A stretch of DNA of 64,000 nt, taken from Ramazzottius varieornatus. Taxonomy: Eukaryota; Animalia; Tardigrada. Positions within the stretch are counted from its first letter, which is position 1, and each line of letters begins with the position of its first letter. The notes beneath the pieces were generated by a model that worked only from the letters and a program-made list of their open reading frames with translations, was not told the origin of the DNA and searched no databases. Shown here one piece after another: positions 32,901 through 43,900 of the stretch. The stretch lies in the NCBI GenBank assembly GCA_001949185.1, contig BDGG01000009.1:733624-797623 (forward strand), written 5' to 3'. The translations under genes and the position numbers were made by a program.

Positions 32901-35900
32901 TTGGGAACAAGATCTTGTACGTTTCGTTATTTTGTGTGTAGTGTTGGTAATTCAACCGAGAAGTCAAGAGCTTGATATGTACTTTTTTATTCACAGGGTT
33001 CACTGTTAGCTCTGATAGACCAACTGAAAGCGAGCGACACATCTTTTGTGCGTTGTATCCGGCCCAACAAAGAGCAAAAACCTGGCAAGTTTGACGACGC
33101 ATACGTCTTGACCCAAGTAAGCGGACCTCACCTGCGAAACTTTTTGTTCAATATACCCGTACTATTCTTCCGATTGAAGCTACGAAACTCGGGCGTATTG
33201 GAAACGGTCTGGCTTCGTCGACAAGGTTTCCCATACCGCCCATCCTTCAACGAGTTCGGGTCACGCTTCCGCGGTCTTCTCAACGAGCCACATGACGACC
33301 TTCTGACATTGATTGACAGTAGCCTCTTGCATTACGGAAACAGTTCTTGGCATTTGGGTAAAACGAGAGTATGCATCAAGTACGAGGTCGCGGAGGACCT
33401 TGCGAGGAGAATAGCGTTACGCGATAAAGCCGCAAGGACAATTCAGCGCGGTCAGTCGGAGTCTTTTCCTGGTTAAAATTAGGATTTCGGCAAACTGTTT
33501 CACATAAATCGCTCTCTCAAGCGGCGCAGGTTTTCATTGTTATTAGCTGAGAGAGTGCGCCACATGGAGAAGCAATCTTGATGGAGCCATTTGCTGATGG
33601 CCCACTTGAGTATTTTGGTCCTAGGTTTACTCATGCTCGTTGTTTATCTCTTTAGTCTTTCGCAAGTATCGAAGATGTTTGCAAATGATGCGGAAGCAGG
33701 AGCGCGTAAAGCAACCGGAAGTGACGGCTTGTCCGCCACTGTATGCCACCTCCTTGCATATTGCACGCGGAGTGTATACCGGACAGGACACTCCCGAGAC
33801 ACACCCCGACGACAGTGCTTACAGTCCAAGCGAACATGAATACGCGTATGCCGACGCGGATCAAGTGTGTCAATGGTTCAAAGATTGTGTTTACGATCAA
33901 CTCGGGCCACAGAAGAATCGTCGAGTCGTCCAGATCACCCGGAAAAATGTACCAACGTGGTGGTTCGACCATTTGACCAGACAGTACGTGCCGCATGACA
34001 ACCAGGCATACTCATGCAATTTTGAAACTTTTTTTCAATGATTAAAAAACCGGAAAGAGAACAAAGAATGGGACTTGACAAACGAACCAGGCAAGATCAT
34101 TTTTTCCCAGTGATGCGGACATACAAGTCACTAACACCGAAAACTTGCGTCACTTCACTCACTTGAGAAAACAACCTTTTTGGGATTTTTACGAGTTGCG
34201 CACGCTACTAGCCAATAAAACTGGAAACGTGCGCCACTTAGGTAGAGAATTTTGTCAAGTTTTCCGAGCTCGAAAACAAAATGAAATTTTGTAATCATTT
34301 TGAATTATCTTAGATCAAATGATTTTGACACGGTTATTTGACTTATAAAGTCTTTCAGTGTGAAATTGCCGTTTTCAGAACGCTTGTTTCAAACAACTCT
34401 ATCTCTGGTCGGAACAACTCTGAGCATAGCGTATAGTGTCGTCTTTCGTCTAAGCATAAGGAAGCTCCACTCCAGCCTCACGATAAATTACTGGAGCTGT
34501 TTGTGTCTGTGGCGTAATTCTGAAAATTTTGCCGTCCTTGTTAGAAAAATTCTTTTGTCGCTATCAGCGCTTCGAAAATTATACGCTTAACGTGAAAACG
34601 TACAGCAACAAGAAGGCCATCGATTACCCACTTCAGTTTTAACAAAACATGTTCTGTTCAGAGAACTTCCGGGTGAGAGAAGAGAGCTCCAAAACCTCAT
34701 CTTTCTCGATGAAAAATTTCTTCTTCCTCCGGCCTGGACAGAGCAGATTTCCCAAAACTTCACCCAGTGATCAAAGACACCTTGACACACAGAGAGATGG
34801 TGTCTTTGCTTGAATTTGTCAACACTACGACCGAAGAAATGGGAAAAAGTCGCTACCCCACTAAACTGGCGCACCTTGTTCTCGGCAATTTACCACCTTC
34901 TTTACAAAATTTTCTTCTTTTGTAAAATCCCGAAGGATTATTTTCTTGCTTTCTTTTCCGGCATTGATACCCTAAGGGGACCACTAAAAAATAACCCTGT
35001 TGCCGGTGTGATGGTGCAGCTGACAGTGCGGCAAAAAGTTCGTAAAATGGTCTTGCTTAGACATGCATCGTTACTATTCAAAAATTCTTCCTACGTCCCG
35101 TTTTCACCGTTTTGAGTGGACATGTTTGTAAAAAACCCAGAGAACCTGGTCACTGGAGTTGGACATCAGCCGAACTGCAACAGTAGTTGTACGACTTCGA
35201 AACGAGATTTTAAAGTCCGACCCTACAGAACGGCAATTTCATACTGAAACTTTCAGAAATATAACGTCTGAAAGACGTTATATTTCAGTAATTTTTTCTC
35301 TCCTTGCTCCGTAGGGAAGCCGAAGACCTGCTAAGAGCTAAATCCGCGGGGACCTTTCTGGTTCGCGGCACGAAGGATACACCATCAGTTCTCGTCTTAT
35401 CATTCCGGTGAGTCTCAAGCGAGTGGCACTCGTGACTAGAATCCGTCTGTAAATAAGCGCAAGATCGATGGGCATAGACGCCATCGAGCGAGGCGTTGCA
35501 AATTGTGAATATGAAAGAGATTTTGGTCAATAGTTAGCATAGGCTGTGCCGTGAACTGTAGTTTGTATCGACTTGTTATTGGGTTGAAGGATGCCAAACA
35601 GTACTAATTTGCTACATGGCCTAATTTATGCAGGGCAACTCCCAGCTCCAAATGCTGCCGGCATTATCTTATCGATCTCGCGGATGAGAAGACTTTCGCA
35701 GTGCGCGGCGAAAAGATTACACATCCCAGTCTGCCCGACTTACTCAACTATTATCGCCAAAATCCACTGTCCAACTACGATGGCTATCTGACCATTCCCT
35801 ACGGCCAAGAAATACCCATCCAAGTGAGACATGATTCAAACTCGCGCTCATCCAGAGCACCGAGTGAACAGAGCAGCGCGAGATAGGAAACCTCGACCAG

Positions 35901-36204
35901 ATAAAGCGTTTCCCAAGTGGCGCACGCTTCAGGTCTATAACACGGAAATAGTGCGCCACTTGAAAACAATCCGGTTTCGTTTGTTTGGCGAAGGGCGCAG
36001 GTATACAGTGTTATGGGCCGACACAGTGCGCCACTTGAGAAGACGATCTCGTCGGGTTTTTTTGCCTAGGTCTCGCATAGTTTTCCCTGCCAGAACCGTT
36101 GGTTATTTTAGAAGCATACTTCGGCGACCTATGACCATTACATGCCACCGAACATAATGAATCAAAGCAGGAAGAAAACACAGCCAGCCGTGAAGTTCCC
36201 CTGA
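29958..36204 (+). CDS. Unconventional myosin with motor, IQ and C-terminal SH2 domain (class XXVIII-like)
   Basis: Motor motifs: P-loop [32 protein letters not shown], switch [43 protein letters not shown]: AARTIQR. The SH2 domain is built across the 33984-35314 intron: WWFDHLTRQ|[39 protein letters not shown]. The last exon is uncertain. Confidence 0.85.
30505..30638. repeat. Family A monomer copy in a myosin intron (extended 38-nt spacer)
   Basis: GGAGAGCTCGACAAAT..CAAGTGGCGCACG..CGTGCGCCACTTG..GTTTGCCTAGGTCCC. Confidence 0.88.
34356..35246. mobile_element. ~890-bp non-autonomous TIR element in the myosin SH2 intron
   Basis: TIRs CAGTGTGAAATTGCCGTT vs reverse complement CAGTATGAAATTGCCGTT (17/18). 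There is no clear TSD and no coding capacity. Confidence 0.65.
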
Positions 36205-37693
36205 GGCACGCAGCAGACAACATCCTGCCCTCTGATTACCATCACGTCATCCACTTCGAGACAAGAACTCCATCAGACAAGCCGGAAATCGAGAAAAATA
36301 CCCCAAGAAGCTGCATCATGCACAGTAGTCCCAACTGCATTACATTCTTAGCGACAGAGATGAACGAGGCATAAAGTCCAAGCTGTTCTGAAGTCTGATT
36401 GCGGCGACTAGCAGACCCCTTGTTTGAAAACTAATTTGCACTTGACATTTCCCAGTTGATAATACGCACGCGATCAATCAGGGTGAAACTTCCTCCTTCG
36501 CCGCGTGCCGTCTCTCTTTCGAGGTCTTATATGTAAATTTTGTTCTAGAATACTTTACACTTGAGCTTTTTTGACGAAACGGTCGAGACCAGCAAAAATA
36601 TTTTGTACATAAATTGTGCGCGCGACAGTCTGAGAAAAATGAAATTAAATACAAACGGAAGCTGATGTGTCGCTTACAAAAGCTGTTGATGAACGGGATG
36701 AAGGAGCATCATGTGCTCAGCCCCTCTTATCGGTAATCTCTCTGAGGAATAATACTCTATCAAATCCGTTACCCGCAAGAAGACCCGGTTAAAATCCGCT
36801 AGGCGATATAAATCATCAGGCTGCCGATGCACTTTCAGATGCATAAATCCGCACGAAGCTCTGAAACAAAAGAGCGAGAAAAAGAATCAATACTACGTGC
36901 CGGTTCACGCCTTGGTTTTCTCCATCAAAAACCAACCAGGCTTAAAAAGTTCGCGGGACCGGAAGAGCCTATGTTGACAGCCAAACGTGACAAACACACG
37001 TTACGGTTCGCCCAAACCAAAAACCTTACCACAGAAGCTTACCACCCCAAGGTTCGCCGAAAATTTAAACTTTTCCATTATTCTGCGTTCGATATTTTGC
37101 AAGCGTTTCAGTAATTTTTTCTCAACTGAGAACCTCAACATTATTTTTTTAGGAATGACCTCGAAAGAACATTCGAACGTTTCGGAGTTCGGCAAACAAA
37201 CTCGACAAGATCGCTGTCCCAAGTGGCGTACGTTCACGTGCTATTGGCTGAAGCCGTGCAACGCTTGGAAGCCTGGCAGGGTTGTGTTTCCAAGTAGCGC
37301 ACATTTTTCAGTTTATAGACTGTAAGCATGCGCCACTGGAAAAGTAAAGCGTCCGAGTTTGTTTACCGAACTCGCACTTCGCAAGTATTTCTCGAAGTAT
37401 CACCATATAGTGGGTATTTCGGTCTAGGGGACTTCGAAATGTTCTGTCTGGTTTATCCCGGAATCTTCATGATTGAGTGGTACTTACTTGCAGGCCAGAG
37501 AGTACTCTCTTCTTCCAGCTGAATCACAGCACCGGACAAGGTAATTGCCTTCGGAGAAATTACGCAAAATTTCTTCCGCATCCTGTCGGGATATGCTCCC
37601 CCAGTACCACCTATCACAAATAGAGGGTAGTGATTATCTATTGACATAGTCAATCCCTGAAGGAGAGCTGTAAAACATGAAACGAATCGGCAC

Positions 37694-38383
37694 TCACGTT
37701 TGCTGGTCAAGAGGTAATTCCGTATCGATGCGTTCGCCCTGCGTGTCCTTTGTTGATATAGCGGTCAGCTCCAGTGACAGATTAGGTTTCCGCCTGCTGG
37801 AAGGGGCTTCACTACATCCCTCACTATACTCGGTATATCCTCGCAAAAGAGACTTCTCAATCTCATCAATCTCTTCATCCTCCTCTTCCAGCTCCTGATC
37901 GTCCGTCGGACAGATCGTATTTCCGTATTCGATCCGCCTTTGCAGATCGAACTGCACATGCTTCTTCTCGCCTTTCCGTTCGCTTGGCGCATCTTTGCGC
38001 AAGTTGCCCTTTAGGCTATCCGGTGTGGAGAGGCCGCTACTTCCGGAAGTGGTCGATCCATTGGAGATGATGGAGGAAGGCGGCGAGCTGCCGTTGATGG
38101 TTTTTCCATGGATATTCCGCTGAAGAATTAAATTAGCCGCGTCCGTAAATTTCGGCCGGGCAATGAAGCAGCTTTCATAGAAAAGCTTGGGATTGCGCAT
38201 GACTGATTTGGTACATGCTAGAAATGTGGTACTCTTGCTCGGTTGTCCATCAGATGATGAGCCATGTCCATTTTGGCCATTAAGATGTGATAGTCCGTTA
38301 ATGTGAATGTTGTTGACAAGACTATAGCTTGTTCGGCCATTAGGGCCATCATGAATCTTGGGACACGGAGAATCGCCCAACAT
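37694..38383 (-). CDS. Hypothetical low-complexity protein (N/G/S-rich, then an acidic run)
   Basis: 229-aa ORF with protein-like composition. It has an upstream acceptor (about 38510) and a GTGAGT donor at its 3' end. No recognisable domain. Confidence 0.55.
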   Translation of the reverse strand: MLGDSPCPKIHDGPNGRTSYSLVNNIHINGLSHLNGQNGHGSSSDGQPSKSTTFLACTKSVMRNPKLFYESCFIARPKFTDAANLILQRNIHGKTINGSSPPSSIISNGSTTSGSSGLSTPDSLKGNLRKDAPSERKGEKKHVQFDLQRRIEYGNTICPTDDQELEEEDEEIDEIEKSLLRGYTEYSEGCSEAPSSRRKPNLSLELTAISTKDTQGERIDTELPLDQQT

Positions 38384-38929
38384 GAGGAGTATATCTTGGA
38401 CCGGGAGATGTGATCGGCATATATGTCAAGCAATAGCCTTTACATCACTCTTTAGCGGGAGTGCTCAAGTAGTCCGACCAGAGCAATGTCGAAGAATCCA
38501 ATTACGCCCTGAAGACACACCGAATATTTGATGTCAGATTCCGCCTCGGCGGATTTTACAATATATTTGCAACAGCAAATACGCTTAGTGCAACGCAAAA
38601 ACACTGTGAAGCATTCTGTTTACATAGGGGAAGACTTTTAGGTTAATGACACACATAAAATTTGAAACCAGTGAGTGATATTTTGGTCAGTTTCCCACCC
38701 GGAAGTAAGACAGACAAGAATATGGACGCCGGCAAATGAACTGATCGAGACCGTCGTCTGAAGCGGCGCACTTTAACGATATTATTGGCTGCAAGTGTGC
38801 GCCAATCGCAAAAACGATCTGGTTCTAATCATCATCTCCGGTCCCAATATCCTTGGCTGCTTCTCACCTTCTCCTCACAGAGATCGGAAGGTGAAAATTT
38901 AAACTTTTGGGTATTTTGCTAAATAGATA

Positions 38930-39508
38930 GGGAAAGTGCTCCGCACACCACCGAAAACCACCATTGTCTCCGCAAACTACCCCTCACCACCGTAGTCTCC
39001 TAATACCACCTTTTCACCACCTGGACCTACCACCTTTCGTTCACTACCGTTAGTTAATTAGAAATCAAAATCTCTGCGCAACACTCTTGTCCGGAGACAG
39101 CGGCTTTCGCGAGCAAAAAACTTTAGACTGTTTCAGTAGCAAAAAGATCGAGAAACTGTCACGCCGTCGGGGGAAACCTGGTACCTGAGTGGGATATCGA
39201 AGCCCGGTCACTATTACCAGAGAGTCAGCGCTGTTCTGCCAAGTTCAGAGAACAGGAAGGACTCACGATCCTAAAGATCGTGCTGTTGATACACTTCTTG
39301 CCACCTGTAATCACGATAGAAGCGTGATCTAGCTTTCTTCTCTGAGATTCTGTAACGAATCCAGTCTGGCATAAAGTGGTCCTCGAAGTCCATGGTGGTG
39401 GCTCTTAGTTAGAAAGTGGTGTACGGAGTAAACGGTGGTGATGATTTGGAATTGAAAGGTAGGATTAGGAGACTATGGTGGTGAAAGGTGGTATGCGGAG
39501 CCTTCCCC
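38930..39508. mobile_element. 579-bp non-autonomous TIR element with CACCAC-rich subtermini
   Basis: Ends GGGAAAGTGCTCCGCACACCACC vs reverse complement GGGGAAGGCTCCGCATACCACC. Both ends share an inverted TAGTCTCCTAAT block. Flanking 8-mers are AATAGATA and AACAGATA (1 mismatch). Confidence 0.78.
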
Positions 39509-40957
39509 AACAGATATTTGCTTACCCGTTTCCAAAATGCTGTTCGCTTCCGCCAGACTGAAGAATTCGAAGATAATTTCGTGAATATTTGAACGCTTGA
39601 TTGGATGTAAAGCTGCAGATATTCCAGAATGCGGACACACAATGGGAAAACTTTGATGCCGATATCGCCTAAACAGGATCAAACCGCGGATGAACTCGAT
39701 TTACTCCAAAGGATGCTGTGTGAATCACGAGTATCCACAAACAGTTGATAAGGATATCATACTTTTTATCAGTCCCAGTCTGACCGTTCACAGCTTGCCA
39801 TTACGACTATTGGTCTCCAGGCCATGCTCGACAGGCCATACAAACAGCCAAGTACAAGGCAACACGCTCGATATTCCTACTTCAGCATTCCCAGGCATGG
39901 CCCGTGGCATCCATAAACTCGGCAGCTGAGGGATTTGTAATAGGCCTGCTTTGTCCTGCGAGAAATGGTTTTTGTTACAATGATGCGCATGCAACAGATT
40001 TAATCTGCATAATAAATTTTGGCATTCAAATGAAGGAGAAAAAAGTAGCTAGATGATAACGCACTAAGGGAACAGCAAGAAATAACAAATTAACATGAAA
40101 GGACGAAACACTCACTTTTCCTGACGCACCAAATAAAAGAACGAGCAGGAAGATCATGCGCCGCTACACCTGTCCAGCTCGGATCAATCGGCCCAGCCCA
40201 GCAGGCCTGAAACGGCTTGTGCCGCGCTGGTTTTAAACGTGCTGCCTTGATCAAGTGGCGCACAGCTGCGCCGATGAAGCGCTGACAAAACCGTAACCTA
40301 AAAATTGTCACTCATCAGGAACTGCAATCTCTTCCAGAGATACGTTTGAGAGAAGAAGAGTTTGAAGACCCGTTAAAATATTGACGAGATTGATGTAAGA
40401 GTAACACGCAAAGGCTGGGAAGACTGTGTGACTTTTCCCACTCTGGCACGGAAGGCTTGTTAGTAGCCGACTGGGTGGATGAATGATAGGCGATGGTAGG
40501 GATATTTCAAGTTGACAGATTTCATCTACATAAAAGAAGGTCTGGCCATCTGTGAGAGGCCCGTACATAGCCGATATTTGATCCAGAAAATTAATCCGTC
40601 ATTTCCTCATGTGCGAAAATCAATCGAGTGGTGGCTCACGCTGTGTAATGCCAAGTCGAGAAGAGCGGTCAAGTATTGACGGATGGTTGCTAACTTTGTA
40701 CAGCACTGGGAAAATGGATCATGCAACTCAACGGGAGAGGAAAAAGACACGCCCTTCTCCGACCGCCCTATATTGCTAAAAAAATGAGTCTTGTGCTCCT
40801 CATACTTCATAATCAGCCTTAACGATGACAGAAAAGCACACTTTACGTACACCAGTCAGTTTGCAACCGGTAATTATAGAATATATGTCCACAGTACAAA
40901 ATCAATAAATCATCAGAATTACGTAACAACCAGATGAAGAAACACATCGCATTCGCA

Positions 40958-43900
40958 TCAAAGCTCCGTTGATTCCAGCTTGGCTATATATTTCCCTTCC
41001 TTGTCTTCTATTGTCTCGTAAATATTGTTATACTGCTGGTCGCCCCTTTTTGGGCGGTCATTATTATTCATGGGTTTCTGGAAGGTGGACACACTGTTTG
41101 GTGACACCGAAGACCTCAGCGGTTTGATCAAGTTATCGTCGCCGAAAAACGTGGTTTTCCGCACTTGTTCCTCGTAGGCGTTCAACGGAGGGACGCAGTT
41201 GTCATCAAGTGAGCTTTTGCTCCCACTCGACACCTCATCCGTCTCTTTGGACCATTTCTCTACGTAGCTGTTGAGCCAGACAGGGTTTGAGCCTTCATAC
41301 TGATGCAAATTAGTTCCGGGTACCTGGAGATCCAAAACAATCAATCAATCGAATCAGCAAACGCACACTGTCACCGTGAACGGCGGGAAAAAGGAATGCT
41401 AATTCGGCCATAGCGGACAAGTCGGTCACCTGCTGTAGACGCCTGTTTGACGTGATCGCGTAATGGCGGATGACCGATTCACCCTGTCTGTCTCAGTACG
41501 GTTCTTACCTCGGTGGGATGTAGTCCGGCCGTGCTATCGGTTGAGCTGTAAGCCAGAGCTGTAGCAGCTCGAAGCTTCCGTGTATATCGGCGCCTTTGAC
41601 TGCAGAAGAGCCCTATGGATACCATTAGGAGTAAGAGGAGACCTAGAGTGATGCCGACAATCATCCCTTTGAGGACGGTTGTTTCATTAGTGGAGGGTTC
41701 TCTGGCCACCGCTCTCTGGACTTCAATGATGTTGTAGTCCTTAAAAACTGACTCGAGGCGATCATACATCTGGTCGATCAGATTGATGACCAGATCCGTG
41801 TCCATAATCATCCCCGACGGATCCACAAAGTGCATCAGCACATCCGACAGCCGCTCATTGGGACTACCCGTCTCATCAATGTGGGTGACAACGTCGTCGA
41901 TCTGATGTCAACGGAAAACCCAAAGGTTTAATGAGTTGCAGTCAAACATGATATTCTTCTTTACAGATACCGAGATTAATCAAAAACACGTCCCACTTAC
42001 ATTGACAGTCGCTCCGGTGATGTTCGATAGCACATCTCGAAGCGAATTCTCAATCCCGATGATATCTTCCGGTTTTCCAAAGAGAGTGAACTGTACTCTT
42101 TGGTCAGCTCTCAAGAGATAGATCTGTCAACATAATAACCCAGTTTAATTGCCGAAAGTATCTGGAAGCCCGACAGTTCAACTCGACAAGATTATTTTTC
42201 CAAGTGGCGCACGTTACAATTGTTGTTAGCCGTAGGCGTGCGCCACTGGAAGATTGTTTTCCCAAGTGAAGCATACCTCCGGCCAATAGGACCGAAGGCA
42301 TGCGCTAGTTGGAAACGATCTTGTCGAGCCTGTTTGCCGCGCATGTCCATGGATGATACCAGGATATACTTACGAAGACTTGAGCGGTGTCTTGTAGTCC
42401 ATCCTTGTCTTTGGCGACCACCGAGAAGTTAAAGTATCCTTTCAGGTCCGAAGTGAACTTGGTGTTCAGAAAGACCTCTCCAGAGTCTTTGTCGACGGCG
42501 AAAGGTGGATCCTTGAAGGTCTGCGGTACATTGAGACTGATTTCGATGTCGCCCAAGATGGCGTACGTGACTACTGCGTTCTCCCGCACGTCGGCATCGA
42601 TAGCCTGAAAGAAAAGACGCCAAAATGGACCAGGCTCGAAGTAGAAAATTACATGAAAACATCGTCTACCGTTAATTTCGTCACTCGAGATCCGTATTTG
42701 CTTTCCACTGTTACTCCCGCAGTAAACACGTGGCGAGTGAACCTCGGTGGGTTATCGTTTACATCATCAAGTGTCACAACCACCTGCATGACACTATGGT
42801 CCTTGGAGGTGAGCGGAATGGGCATTTGAGCACCGGGTGGCTGGAACGCGCAGTTGCTGCTGGCTTTGACAGTCAAATTGTAAACCTACAAAAGATCCAA
42901 CGTAAGGGTTTTCATTCCCATTCGAAAATGAAGCCTGCGCACGCAAAAGCACAACCAGATTCCCTAGTGGCGCACGCTGTCAGTACTGGGAACTCCACGA
43001 AATTGTGTTTCAAGTGGCGCAAACGTCCAGCCAACGGTGCTGAAAACGTGCGCCACGTGGAAGAAACAATCTCTCAATGACTCGAAAAGATTTTTTTCTT
43101 AAGTGGCGCAGCCTTCGGCCTACAACAATGAAGACCTGCGCCACTTGGAGATCAACCTTGTGGAGTCTGTTTGCAGAGTTCTAACATTTTACAAACTACT
43201 TTTATTGTGGAAATATCTTTTTTCGAAATACTTTAATGTACCGCTGTGGTCTCGCGATCCAGGTTGATCTGTGCGCGAAGTTCCCTCGTGACTTTGTCCA
43301 ATGAAAAGGCGTCATCCTTATTTCCGGACAGTATGAAGTAGCACACTTGACTATTCTCCTCATCACCGTCTTCATCCAGAGCTTCGGCTATCTTACCGAA
43401 GACCTGTCCCTGTGGATAATTCTCCGTCACGTGAAACTCTTGCCGAGCGGCTTGGAACACCGGTTCGTTGTCATTAATATCCTTCACTCGGATCACAAAG
43501 CGCTGCATCGTATTGCGTTGTGGCACGCCCATATCGTGTGCATCGACCAGCAGCACATACTGCTTTTGCCGTTCGCGATCTAGTGTCTTGGCTAACGTTA
43601 CCCATCCAGAGTCTTCGTCAATCTTGAATGTCTGGTAGTCAAAGTTCTGATCCACGAGAATACTGTACTTAACTCTGGCGTTATCTCCCACATCGTCGTC
43701 AGTCGCTCTGATCTGGACGACTTGGGTGCCCACGGTGGCATTCTCCCAAACCGTGATGGTTGTATTTTCGAAGGGTTGGACGAACACTGGGGCGTTATCG
43801 TTGAAGTCGGCCACGCAGATATTGAAGGTGTGGTTGGTCGACAGGCTAGGGAAACCGTGGTCTCTCGCTTCAACCACCAAGCTGTAGTTTCCATACTTGC

